A stretch of DNA of 63,174 bases, the filler included, from Octopus bimaculoides (lineage: Eukaryota): assembly GCF_001194135.2 (NCBI RefSeq). It is 5 parts of 4 records of this genome, joined end to end, with 100 filler letters (N's around TTAATTAATTAA, not from the genome) between each part and the next. Parts side by side here need not be neighbours in the genome. Positions count along the whole stretch, not along the records: positions 18,925 to 34,678 come from NC_068986.1; positions 34,779 to 60,917 come from NC_068986.1; 3 more parts are not named here. One strand, written 5' to 3'. A model generated the notes under the pieces. The model searched no databases and was not told where the DNA came from. It saw only the letters and a list, made by a program, of their open reading frames with translations. The stretch's first letter is position 1. Every line of letters starts with the position of its first letter. Shown here in pieces: positions 25,630 through 37,598 of the stretch. The position numbers and the translations under genes were made by a program.

Positions 25630-25995
25630 CACCTCCATCTTTTAACGACCTACCTATTTAACGACCACTCGGAGTTACGACGAACTTTACGAGCCGTCAT
25701 TACATATTTTACAAAATAGAACTTGAGGTGATGGATCCAAATTTTGAGCGATTTTCCAAGGCGGAAAGGCAGACAACTGAACTTTTCCGATGTTATCGAG
25801 AAATTTATGACGAATAAAAGAAGATAACAAAGCAAACAACACTGACGGGATTTTTCATGCATTTTGATGTCAAGAATGAGTTGCTTTTGTAATCTTTATC
25901 CAAAGTAAAACAAAGTTATTATGTTTGAGTTTCCTTTAAACCTTTTCACCTTTTCTATATAATCCCGAGAAAAGTTTATTAGGCATCCTATGTAC
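25630..25995 (+). mobile_element. Tigger/pogo-type non-autonomous DNA transposon with a transposase C-terminal remnant
   Basis: MDPNFERFSKAERQTTELFRCYREIYDE*KKITKQTTLTGFF resembles the Tigger C-terminus (DPN.ERS.KV...CYREIY.EKK...QT.L..FF); cctccatcttttaacgac is a TIR-like start. Confidence 0.7.
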
Positions 25996-27373
25996 TGGGC
26001 CTGGAATCACAGACATACTTACGGTGTCTGAGCTACAATNNNNNNNNNNNNNNNNNNNNNNNNNNNNNNNNNNNNNNNNNNNNNNNNNNNNNNNNNNNNN
26101 NNNNNNNNNNNNNNNNNNNNNNNNNNNNNNNNNNNNNNNNNNNNNNNNNNNNNNNNNNNNNNNNNNNNNNNNNNNNNNNNNNNNNNNNNNNNNNNNNNNN
26201 NNNNNNNNNNNNNNNNNNNNNNNNNNNNNNNNNNNNNNNNNNNNNNNNNNNNNNNNNNNNNNNNNNNNNNNNNNNNNNNNNNNNNNNNNNNNNNNNNNNN
26301 NNNNNNNNNNNNNNNNNNNNNNNNNNNNNNNNNNNNNNNNNNNNNNNNNNNNNNNNNNNNNNNNNNNNNNNNNNNNNNNNNNNNNNNNNNNNNNNNNNNN
26401 NNNNNNNNNNNNNNNNNNNNNNNNNNNNNNNNNNNNNNNNNNNNNNNNNNNNNNNNNNNNNNNNNNNNNNNNNNNNNNNNNNNNNNNNNNNNNNNNNNNN
26501 NNNNNNNNNNNNNNNNNNNNNNNNNNNNNNNNNNNNNNNNNNNNNNNNNNNNNNNNNNNNNNNNNNNNNNNNNNNNNNNNNNNNNNNNNNNNNNNNNNNN
26601 NNNNNNNNNNNNNNNNNNNNNNNNNNNNNNNNNNNNNNNNNNNNNNNNNNNNNNNNNNNNNNNNNNNNTATTCTTATTCCACCCCACTCCAACACATAAA
26701 ATGATGTAGGTCTTGGCTGATATATTTATTAAGTTGAAAGTTTGAAAAAGCTCCACTGCGTCCTTCTATTGTCTAGATTTGCACAATGGCTCTAGTTGTT
26801 AAACCAGTCTAATTCAATAACATAATAGCAAAAGATAGGTTTTGCATCATCTTTTTTTGGTTCCTCTTGTTGGTTTCTTTTCTTAGTTTCGTTTAATTTT
26901 AAATGCGACTTTAATAATTTTTTGTTCTTTTCTTGTTGAAGTTTGAACTTTTACATAAGGGTCTTTAGTTTTTAGCGACTAATGGCCCACATTATAGGTT
27001 CAAAGAGCAACAATACTGTAAACTCAATGATATAAAGTTCCACAACAATAAAATAACAAATACACGAAAGGAGATTTGTAAGAAGAAAAAGGTGAGGGGG
27101 GGGGGGAGAAAAAGAGAGAAACAAAGAGGGAAGCAAAAAGTAAGAGCAAGTGTGTCATCTGCATCAAACCCGGGCTACGTCTGCTCCGATAAGCAGCGGT
27201 GACTTGGTCAACGAATCCTCTGTGACGGTCCACAATCGACAGCAAGATGGGCTGGTACGAATCACACTATCTCAAAATGTGTATGCATGTGACCAAGGGC
27301 TACATCTGAACTTGTGTTCCCACTGAAACTCCGAACATGACCTCCACACCTAAATAACAAATGACGCCTACGG

Positions 27374-27473
27374 CTCCGGCGTGCTCGCTCTCCGGCGTGC
27401 TCGCTCTCCGGCGTGCTCGCTCTCCGGCGTGCTCGCTCTCCGGCGTGCTCGCTCTCCGGCGTGCTCGCTCTCC
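27374..27473 (+). repeat. Perfect 16-bp GC-rich minisatellite (CTCCGGCGTGCTCGCT) x6.25
   Basis: Six identical units plus CTCC, counted directly. Confidence 0.95.
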
Positions 27474-28051
27474 TAGTTGAGCATTTGTCAAAATAGGAAG
27501 CTGCAATTTTGGCCGCAGACCGTCTGATGTGGTCAGCATTCGTGAAGGACATAGTGAACACATTGGCCGAAGCCGGGCAATGAGTTCACCACGGTGAATG
27601 TCGCCATAAGTATTGATACAAGCAAGTACCACCATTAGCTTACAACTGTTTCTGCTATAAGATACACTACACTCAGAGTTGAGAACAAATGAAAAGGTGA
27701 CCTCGGTGGGCTTTGAACTCAGAGCGTAAAGAACCGGAGCGATTACTGAAATGCAATCTAACCTACGCTTTAACGGCTTTGCCAATCGGTCACCTTATGT
27801 AGGTGTTTGTGTTTGTGTGCGTTTTTCGTTTTTTCTCTCACCCTCTTTCTTTCTCTCTCCCTTTTCTCTTTTTCTCTCTTTCTTCTTCTCATTTTCTTTT
27901 CCTGTTTTTAATTTGACCTTTCTCCTTTTTCTAATCATACACATCTCTCCTCCCACCATCTATCCACAAATACTACCAATGCATTCTCGAATTTTCATTC
28001 ACACCACAGAACCCTTTCGAACGAGCAACACTGATTCCACGGCTCCACTGA

Positions 28052-28470
28052 TTAAGGCGGCGAGCTGGCAGAAACGTTAGCACGCCGGGCGAAATGCTTA
28101 GCGGTATTTCGTCGGCCGCTACGTTCTGAGTTCAAATTCCGCCGAGGTCGACTTTGCCTTTCATCCTTTCGGGGTCGATTAAATAAGTACCAGTTACGCA
28201 CTGGAGTCGATGTAATAGACTTAATCCGTTTGTCTGTCCTTGTTTGTTCCCTCTATGTTTAGCTCCTTGTGGGCAATAAAGAAATGGATATTTCGTCTTC
28301 CGCTACGTTCTGAGTTCAAATTCCGCCGAGGTCGACTTTGGCTTTCATCCTTTCGGGATCGATAAATCAAGTACCAGTTGCGCACTGGGGTCGATATAAT
28401 CGACTTAATCCCTTTGTCTGTCCTTGTTTGTCCCCTCTATGTTTAGCCCCTTGTGGGCAATAAAGAAATA
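28052..28470 (+). mobile_element. SINE family B with two core+linker units
   Basis: Head, then (core + ttgtctgtccttgtttgtcccctctatgtttagccccttgtgggcaataaagaaat) twice. Confidence 0.85.
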
Positions 28471-28584
28471 TGAAACTGCAATATCTTTATATATCTTATT
28501 TCTACTTTCATTCTCTTGCTTCCCTTTATATTCCTCATCTCCTCCTTTTCCACAATAATTCGAACTCAAGTATTTTCTCACGCC

Positions 28585-28632
28585 GTCTCTGATGAAGAGA
28601 TATCCATAATATCCCAGAAACAGCTGTAAGAC
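28585..28632 (+). ncRNA. Minimal type-I hammerhead ribozyme motif, family 2
   Basis: GUCU-CUGAUGA-A-GAGAUAU/CCAUA/AUAUCCC-A-GAAA-C-AGCU-G-U-A-AGAC. Stem I GUCU/AGAC, palindromic stem III ACAGCUGU, GUA cleavage triplet. An A-A opposition at the base of stem II is non-canonical. Confidence 0.65.
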
Positions 28633-28696
28633 TATTTCATTATAAATGTTCCTGAAGACTCTTCACAACCTTGGCTTTGTTATCTCATTCTGTATA

Positions 28697-28745
<49 letters not shown>

Positions 28746-29268
28746 TATATAAATGTAAGACTCCACCCAACTAAGATGACTCGTTTTATCTATAGTTTTT
28801 CTCTCGTTTTTCTACAATTTAATGGAACATCCAGCTCAACCACCACCTTCTCAGTGAGCAAAGTCTTGTAGTTTGTGTGGACTGGACACACGCACGCACA
28901 CACACACATACACATACACACACACAAATACACACACACACACACACACATACACACTCAGATACAATGAGAGAGACAGAACTTCTGCTGGACGTCCCGT
29001 GGGTTCGTTTGATTATTGTGGATCTGTTAAAAAACTATGACGTAAATTATATAATAAAGAAAAAGAAAGAAAGGAAGAAGGAAAGAAGGAAAAAACTTCC
29101 CCTCCCCGACACCCCACCAATATCTTAAACATTATTTTTTGTGTATTTTTCATGAAAACATCTGTGAAATCAATAGAATTGGGTCCATTATCCGCTGTTT
29201 ATCTAATGGGCGTCTTGGGTATCATGTGTACCTCTATATCTGTGTGAATGTATGTTTATATGTAAGTG

Positions 29269-29329
<61 letters not shown>

Positions 29330-29334
29330 GTCAG

Positions 29335-29389
<55 letters not shown>

Positions 29390-29500
29390 CTAATCTGTAC
29401 ATGAACACATATTTCTCGCTACCTATTAATTCTGTACGTGTGCATTTATGTATATATATATATAGATACATGCATACATACATACGCACGCACGCACGCA

Positions 29501-29549
<49 letters not shown>

Positions 29550-29574
29550 ATACGTATTATATTTACGGGTTGTT

Positions 29575-30007
29575 AAGTCGGCGAGCTGGCAGAAACGTTA
29601 GCACACCGGGCGAAATGCTTAGCGATATTTCGTCTGTCTTGACATTCTGAGTTCAAATTCCGCCGAGGTCGACTTTGCCTTTCATCCTTTCGGGGTCGAT
29701 TAAACAAGTGCCAGTTACGCACTGGGGTCGATGTAATCGACTTAATCCCTTTGTCTGTCCTTGTTTGTCCCCTCTATATTTAGCCCCTTGTGGGCAATAA
29801 AGAAATAAGAAACGTTAGCACGCCGGGCGAAATGCTTAGTGGTATTTCGTCTGTCTTTACGTCCTGAGTTCAAATTCCGCCGAGGTCGACTTTGCCTTTC
29901 ATCCTTTCAGTGTCGATTAAACAAGTACCAGTTACGCACTGGGGTCGATGTAATCGACTTAATCCCTCCCCCAAAATTTCAGGCCTTGTGCCTAGAGTAG
30001 AAAAGAA
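29575..30007 (+). mobile_element. Dimeric SINE family B with the terminal tail
   Basis: Monomer-linker-monomer-ccctccccaaaatttcaggccttgtgcctagagtagaaaag. Confidence 0.88.
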
Positions 30008-30754
30008 TATTTTCTATTTATTGATTTCTAAGATAAGCACAAGATCTCGTACTTTTGGTGATGGTTTATAATCAATAATAATTAAAACAACATGACATTT
30101 CAGTTCCTTAAATTTGGAATTTCGTGAGTTAATAAAGAAAAAATTAATTAAAATCTGAAAAAGTAAAATGAGTTCTGTATCAAAATTTGTGAAGAAATTC
30201 TAAGAAACTACTACAGTATTAAACTGTTGCTGACTTTTCTGTAACACCGTTTCCACGTCTGACATACAAATAAATACTTCCGATAACATCCAAAAGAAAA
30301 CTATCGAACTGAAAAACAACTATTCACTAACCAACACACTATAAATTCTGCTCTACAAATGCGTTGTCCCCTCACAATGTCTGTTAAACCGCTACTACAA
30401 CGGTTACTGTTCCGCTCAACTGGTTAGTTACGTAACAGAAAAAGGAGTTACATAACATAGAAAGGAGTTACGTAACATAAAAAAAGAGAAAGAAGAAACG
30501 CACTCAACACCAGAGCTGAAGACACCCCCAGAAGGGTGGCGTCCCCCCCCCCCCCAGCACGTCGAAAATGGTAGAGGAGTAGGAATCGAAACCGGACGGG
30601 ATTCCTCCTGATGATGTTTTTAGACACTGGATCCTATAAAGGAGCTCTTGAGGTAGCGAACCACGAAGCATGGTTGGAATCCCTCCTCCACACAAGGACG
30701 CCTGACACACTCGTCGCCCATGCTACATCCCACCCACCGTGTTCTGTCCTAATC

Positions 30755-31330
30755 ACCAGAACCCAAAAGGCAGAGCATGGAGTGGAAATACCCGGAATCG
30801 TTAGGGAAAAAGAAATTCAGGTTTCAAACTTGCGCATAAAACGTGAATCTAACTGTTTTATGGGAGACAAAATGGCGTCTACTGAATCATTACTTAGAAG
30901 AGGGGCCTACAGTCGCCAGTGTAGGATACAGTGAAATGCTGGCCAACAAACTGAAACCAGCAATTCGCACCCAACGCTGAGGTCTATTGTCAAATCAACT
31001 GTTACGTATGACCTCTCACACTGTTGAAACCATTGCAAAATTGGGTTTCTAATTGCTAGAACTCCCTGCATACAGTCCAGATCTCACCCCTTCTCACTAT
31101 CACTTTCTTTTGGGGCGCACTCAAACAGCCTTTATAAGGTCAAAAGTTTTGCCGTGGATGAAGCAGTGCATAAATGGCTGCTTGATCAGATGAAAACCTT
31201 CTTCTCTGAAGGAATAAGGGAGCTTGTGAACTGCTGGAAGAAGTGCATCAAAAACCAGGGAGACTGTGTTGAAAATGATGTAATTGTTCAACCTCTGCTT
31301 TCGTTTTAATAAATTACAGAAACAAGAGTG
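30755..31330 (+). mobile_element. Decayed mariner transposase (catalytic domain to C-terminus)
   Basis: PEPKRQSMEWKYP...TVLW...YSEML..KLKPAIR...ELPAYSPDLTP...VHKWL..FFSEGIRELVNCWKKCIKNQGDCVEN. YSPDL is a mariner signature. Confidence 0.85.
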
Positions 31331-31696
31331 CTTATTATATATATATATATATTTTTTACTTACCATCGTCTGTGTGTATGGGTGGTAGATGGCGGATTGA
31401 CAATGTGCGGAGTGGAAAATAATAACAAAGGAATTCTCTTACCAATCTATGAGTGTTGACTTTATCAATAAACTTTATTATTGTTAATGTTACTTGCGTC
31501 AGAGCCGTCTCTTAAGAAATAGTACAATGTCCTCAGTCATTCATTGTTTCTATTGAATGAATAAACATTTCTTTGTTCAACTCATTTCTATTATTCGACA
31601 CTAATTGAGCAGGGATCAAACGTTTCACCCGCGATCAACATGGTTTTCAGTGTCTGGGACCACGTTTATTCAATGTGCGTTGTTTCCATTTAGTAA

Positions 31697-32013
31697 AAGC
31701 ACGTGGCTTAATGGTTAGGATATTCGGCTCACGATCGGAAAGTCGTGAGTTCGACACCCAGCGGTGGGCTGTGTCCTTGAGCAAGACACTTTATCTCACG
31801 TTGCTGCAGTTCACTCAGCTGGCGAAAATGAGTTATACCTGTAATTCACAGAGCCAGACTTGTCACATTGTGTCACGCTGAATCTTCTTGAGAACCAGCT
31901 ACGGGCTCCTGTGTCTGTGGAGTACTCAGCCATTTGCGTGTTAATTTCACGAACAGGCTGCTCCGTTGATTGGATCAACAGGAACACACGCCATCGTCAC
32001 TGACGCTGTGCCA
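31697..32013 (+). mobile_element. tRNA-derived SINE (head/core type 1, family-D tail)
   Basis: Head and core like 3186; tail like 21038 and 58593. Confidence 0.8.
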
Positions 32014-32285
32014 GTTTTTATTTCCTTTTTAAATGCTGTAGAGAATCATTCAACGGGATTTGGTTTCTATTTCTAGTAATTCAAGGGACAACACAGAGGC
32101 TCGCTCATTACCATTATTATTCTGTAGCGAAGTGTTTCCATTAAAATCTCTTCCGTTATTTGTATCTAGAGTTCCTTCGTCTATTTTAATGTCAATAAAA
32201 GAAGTCCCTGTAATACGTTGGTTCACTGTCTACAATCCTTTCACTACGTATTGACATTTATTGGCTTTGAAATAAAATACAAATA

Positions 32286-32470
32286 TAGTGATACCTCGCA
32301 GTACGAGTTTAATTCGTTCCATGGCCGAGCTCGTCTTACGATTTACTCGTTGATGACAAATGCGGACGGGCTGCGCAATAAGATTGAACCAGGAGCAACG
32401 TGAACGAAATGGTTGCACGGCAAGCTTGTTTGGTACAAGTCGATACCAACGCCTACGTCCGTCTCTAAAT
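32286..32470 (+). mobile_element. Possible Tigger-type MITE end
   Basis: tatagtgatacctcgcagtacgagtttaattcgttcc resembles TA-CAGT..TACCTCG..TACGA termini; the other end was not found. Confidence 0.4.
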
Positions 32471-32639
32471 ATTTCATAAGAAACAGTCGTTTATTTCTGT
32501 TTGAGGAAAACTGTTTGCTCCTCACACTTTGTCCATCGGTTAATAAACAATACGTTGATAGGAAACGATTAGCATAATGAAACCATCCACTCGTTTAATA
32601 ATACAAAACCATTACTTCATTAAGATCGAATTGTTGACA

Positions 32640-33411
32640 CACCCTGTGATCAAACACATGCACGCATACACACGTACACACACGCGCAAACACGTACACA
32701 CACGCGCAAACACGTACACACGTAGAAAAAAACACACACATATGCACACACGCATACACACACGCACACATACACAAACGCACATACATACGCGCGCACA
32801 TACATACGCGCGCACATATGCACACAAGCATACAGACACACGCGCACACACATGTACACACGCACAAACACACACATGTGCACACGCATACAGACACACA
32901 CACACACACACACACGCAAACACACATTCATACACGTGCACATATGCACACAAGTATGCAGACACACACACGCGTGCACACACGCTCACGCAAACACACA
33001 CACATATACACGCGCACATATGTACACACGCATACAGGAATACGCACTCACGCGCACACACGCACACACACACGCAAACACACATACATGCGCACATATG
33101 TTCATACGCATACAGACGCATGCACACACATATACGCATACAGAGACACGCACACACACACACACAAATACACGCAAACACACACACATACTCGTGCACA
33201 TATGCACACACGCATACAGGCACACACACATGCACAGGCAAACACACACACATACACGCATACACACGCACACACGCACACACATACACACATATGCGCG
33301 CGAATGTGCACAGGTTTACGTCTACACAATGAGCAAAAAGCAGAAAACAGAAAAAAGAACATAAAACACATCATTGTACAAATATCATTGTAAGAACTTG
33401 GTTGCACATGC

Positions 33412-33471
<60 letters not shown>
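32640..33471 (+). repeat. Complex alternating purine-pyrimidine repeat with a recurring higher-order unit, ending in pure (CA)n
   Basis: A recurring cgcaaacacaca..catacacgYgcacatatgYacacacgcatacag unit. Confidence 0.8.
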
Positions 33472-34074
33472 NNNNNNNNNNNNNNNNNNNNNNNNNNNNN
33501 NNNNNNNNNNNNNNNNNNNNNNNNNNNNNNNNNNNNNNNNNNNNNNNNNNNNNNNNNNNNNNNNNNNNNNNNNNNNNNNNNNNNNNNNNNNNNNNNNNNN
33601 NNNNNNNNNNNNNNNNNNNNNNNNNNNNNNNNNNNNNNNNNNNNNNNNNNNNNNNNNNNNNNNNNNNNNNNNNNNNNNNNNNNNNNNNNNNNNNNNNNNN
33701 NNNNNNNNNNNNNNNNNNNNNNNNNNNNNNNNNNNNNNNNNNNNNNNNNNNNNNNNNNNNNNNNNNNNNNNNNNNNNNNNNNNNNNNNNNNNNNNNNNNN
33801 NNNNNNNNNNNNNNNNNNNNNNNNNNNNNNNNNNNNNNNNNNNNNNNNNNNNNNNNNNNNNNNNNNNNNNNNNNNNNNNNNNNNNNNNNNNGTTTGGATT
33901 TAGATTGCTTCTGTTCCGTCCACTGCAGAATGAAGGCCTCAGCATGTTCTCTTCCCCAACCACGATCGGATGAGAAGGCCGTGAAATTAAACTTGAGGTC
34001 ATACTAGTTTGATGTGCCTATTCTGTCACATGGCTTGGCAGAGGGCTGCCATCGACCCCAGTGCTCAACTGGAA

Positions 34075-34323
34075 CCAGTATTAAGGAAGGATAGGCAAAT
34101 ATTAAATTTATAAGCCCTAAAATCCTAAAATTCACTCCACAATTGCCCACGGGCATATAGCGTAGTGGTTAAGAGTGCGGGCTACTAATTCCGAGTTCGA
34201 TTCCAGGCAGTGACCTGAATAATAATAATAATAATAACATCGGAAAAATTCCTTAGAAATGAGAACCCAGGTTCGCAATTTCGCCGGAGAGTACATTCCT
34301 CATTCTTTCAAATATAGAACTGT
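34075..34323 (+). mobile_element. Detached PLE 3' terminal repeat (tRNA-like head + (AAT)n), hammerhead region deleted
   Basis: Homologous to 48470-48830 and 42105-42262. Confidence 0.75.
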
Positions 34324-34424
34324 ATCAACTGGTACTTTTTTTTTATCGATTCCCACAAGAGGATGAAAGGCAAAGATTGATCTTTCAGGAATATTTGAAC
34401 TCAGAATGTAAGGACGGACGGAAT

Positions 34425-34620
34425 ACCATTGACTGTGGCCATGCTGGGGCACCGCCTTGAAGAGCTTTTCGTCGAATGAATCGATCTCAGTACATATTTG
34501 ATACTTATTCTATCGGTCTCTTTTGCCAGGGACATAAACACACCAACACCGGTTGTCAAGTCATGGTGTGTATGTGGGAGGAGGGACAAAAAGAGACACA
34601 AAGGGACAGGCACTTACAGA
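34425..34620 (-). mobile_element. SINE module C
   Basis: actgtggccatgctggggcaccgccttgaag...caccggttgtcaag. Confidence 0.75.
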
Positions 34621-34647
34621 TACACACACACATGCGTACACACACGG

Positions 34648-34678
<31 letters not shown>

Positions 34679-34778
34679 NNNNNNNNNNNNNNNNNNNNNN
34701 NNNNNNNNNNNNNNNNNNNNNNTTAATTAATTAANNNNNNNNNNNNNNNNNNNNNNNNNNNNNNNNNNNNNNNNNNNN

Positions 34779-34813
<35 letters not shown>

Positions 34814-35204
34814 TATACCAATTTAGAAACAGAAGAGACTGTTGAGACCTTTTCTCAAACATAGGACATTTCACTAACGTTTATACCTGCACTAAAAATG
34901 TATAATCGTTTTAAAACATAGGAACAACATATGGAAGTTCCGTGAAAACCCAACGAAAGAGTGAACGGGAGAGGGAGAGGGAGAGAGAGAGAGGTACAGA
35001 GTTATGGAAAAAGACACTTGCAGAAATAAAAAATATAATGTTTATCCCCGAGGGACCACTACAAAAAAGTTTGACGAAAGGATTTGATCAGTATTTCGTA
35101 AATCTTTGGAAAATGAACTAATTTTGTTAACATTACTAGATGTTGCTGACCATCACGATTTTTACTCGATGTCGCTTCAAATATACATGCACATTTGTGA
35201 TACA

Positions 35205-35237
<33 letters not shown>

Positions 35238-36679
35238 ATAGTAACAAACTGAAGGGAAAAATCCTTCAAAGTAGTGTGTTAAACACCCAGTTCACTGGTA
35301 CTTCTGTTGGATACCATATAAGTATTGGTATAATTCAATAATAATAATTTTTCGAATCCAGCCGTCCTTTCCAGAGGGGATTTCGTCTTCCTTGACCGAA
35401 TGACAGTGAAGTGACTTATATACAATTGAACTGTGATTATGCATATCAGAAAAAATATATATATAAGTCGAAACAATTTGTTGGACTTTTACGGTTTATA
35501 TATATATGTATATATATAACAAATATTAGCAAGAGAAGCAGTATTAACACCGAGTGGTGACCTTTATATCCTACTTGACGTGAATGTGTGGTTAGAAGGC
35601 TGTAATACCGCGATATTTTCCTTGAGATATCCGTTCACATTGACGTATATTGCTAATATGGTCTTACAGGGCTTGGCGGCTATTTGCGACATCAGTATCT
35701 GAATAGTCTTTAATATTCCACAGTCCTAAATAGTCCACTAAATATTCCACTCTCCTAAAGGAAAGTACACCAAACTTTGGCATCAAGTATTATACATGTC
35801 CCCGACTAGGATGTCATAACAATGCTCCAAAGTTCTAAGCCATCCTGTCTAGAGTTAGGACCAAGTACTGCAATAGCTTGGGATTCAAAGACACACAGCG
35901 ATTTCATCACTTGCCAAAAAACCTGAGAGATCTACATGGAGCTGAGTAGATATTTTCAAGAAATATTATTATTAGGTCGTCAAGTATGAAATTTGTAGCT
36001 ACCACTTAAATGGAAAAAGTGTATTAACAATATGGGGGCATACTTTAATAAAACTATTCTTTGTATATATAAAACATTAGCAAACTTTTTTTTTCTTTTC
36101 TACAAATTTCATACTCGATGACCTAATACATTCTGCTGTCTAAAATCCCAGATGAACCTACATCACTGCAAGTGACTGAAACGAGAGCAGCAATATTAAA
36201 TCATTTCATTCAACTTAAGTCAACCACATATGAAAAGCAATTGAAAGTGATGATAGTGGTTTTGTCCCTGTATGACCGCAGTATTTAGGCTAAAAGTCAT
36301 CAAAAAATGAATATTATTCTAAATTTTATCCTAGTTTCATTCACCATTTCCATCTTGCACTTTACTCGCATTAATGTTAATCAGTTTATAGCAATCAATC
36401 AGATCAAAGCGCTTGTTAAGAAAATATTTGTTTCTTTCATTTAACTCTGGGAGGTTCTTATGTTCAATAAATTGGCTTTACTGCTTCATACAAAAAATAT
36501 TTTAACACTTATTTAATAGTAAACATGTAATAGAATTTTTTACACGTCAGGAGTCCTTAACTAAAAAGTAGTTGACAGTTCTAAATTATATTACGACCAT
36601 GACTGGCATAACATATTGCAGATATTTTGCGCCTAGAATACTATCTATTGAGAGTATTTTAAAGATGGTAAGTCTAAAC

Positions 36680-36928
36680 CAGAGATTCTCAACCGAGGTT
36701 CATATGTCCCATGATGGTTCACATAAGATTTTGTTGTTGAAATTTAACTCCAATAAATTGGGAATATTTCTACAATACACAAATTATTTCAACAATTTTT
36801 TAATACAATTCTTAATAATTATAAAAAAACATAATAGGGTTGTTTTAACGTCTAATCGCTAGGAGGGTCCACTTGAGCTTAATAGAAATGAAAGGGATCC
36901 ATAAGTAAAGAATTGTTGAGAAACACTC
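36680..36928. mobile_element. hAT/Charlie-type MITE
   Basis: Ends cagagattctcaac / gttgagaaacactc (consensus CAGTGGTTCTCAAC). Flanking 8-mers gtctaaac / atctgaat resemble a decayed NTCTAGAN target duplication. Confidence 0.6.
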
Positions 36929-37126
36929 ATCTGAATTTTTGAGTTGTTCTAGCTCTTATTTTCACCTGTTCAAGCGTCCGCGTATATGGTCGCTTCTGGA
37001 ACGTAGCTCAGTAACTCTCTAGTTAATTCTTATTCAAAGTGTTTTATACGATACAATTCTAGGAGGGGCTGCTGAATTTCAGCAAAAGAAAATACAAGAG
37101 GATCAGTTAATTATGATTTTATTCTA

Positions 37127-37325
37127 CATACAAGATGTAGTCAAAAAGTATCCGACCTTTGGCCAAAAAAACAATATTTCAAAATCTCACCATTTTGATT
37201 TAGTCTCCTTCAAAGTATTCGCCGTCAGAATTGACGCACTTCTGCCAGCGGTCCTGTTGCTACTGGAAACATTTCTGGAAATCACTCTATGGGATGCTGT
37301 AGATCTGAGCCGTCGAAGTTTGTTT
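37127..37325 (-). mobile_element. Mariner 3' end with TIR
   Basis: IP*SDFQKCFQ*QQDRWQKCVNSDGEYFEGD*, followed by the tacaagatgtagtcaaaaagtatccgac TIR. Confidence 0.8.
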
Positions 37326-37326
37326 A

Positions 37327-37390
37327 ATGTAAACACAGCAGCATCGGTTGCCAAGCGATGTTGGAAGGAAGAAACATACACACACATACA

Positions 37391-37435
<45 letters not shown>

Positions 37436-37598
37436 GACGGTTTTTTCTTTTCAGTTTCCGTCTACCAAATCCACTCACAAGGTTTTGGTCGGCCCGTGGC
37501 TATAGTAGAAAACACTTGCCCAAGGTGCCACGCAGTGGGACTGAACCCGGAACTATCTGGTTGGTAAGCAAGCTACTTACTACACAGTCACTCCTGTG
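37327..37598 (-). mobile_element. Composite SINE A + microsatellite + start of module C
   Basis: Module A at 37598-37436, (TA)n, then gcatcggttgccaagcgatgttgg. Confidence 0.8.

Noticed and set aside
27374-27473. Repeat array as CRISPR-like
   Set aside because: The units are contiguous with no spacers, and the context is eukaryotic.
30585-30620. GAAA followed by CTGATGA as a permuted hammerhead
   Set aside because: No UH cleavage site after stem III and no stem II partner.
32050-32225. 58-codon minus-strand open frame (NQRITGTSFIDIK...KSR*) as a terminal exon
   Set aside because: No polypyrimidine tract before the AG and no recognisable homology; the length is compatible with chance. RNA-seq could revive it.
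32577-33393. Long His/Thr- or Val/Cys-rich ORFs (up to 251 aa)
   Set aside because: Translation of CA-type repeats that lack stop codons; no domain or splice support.
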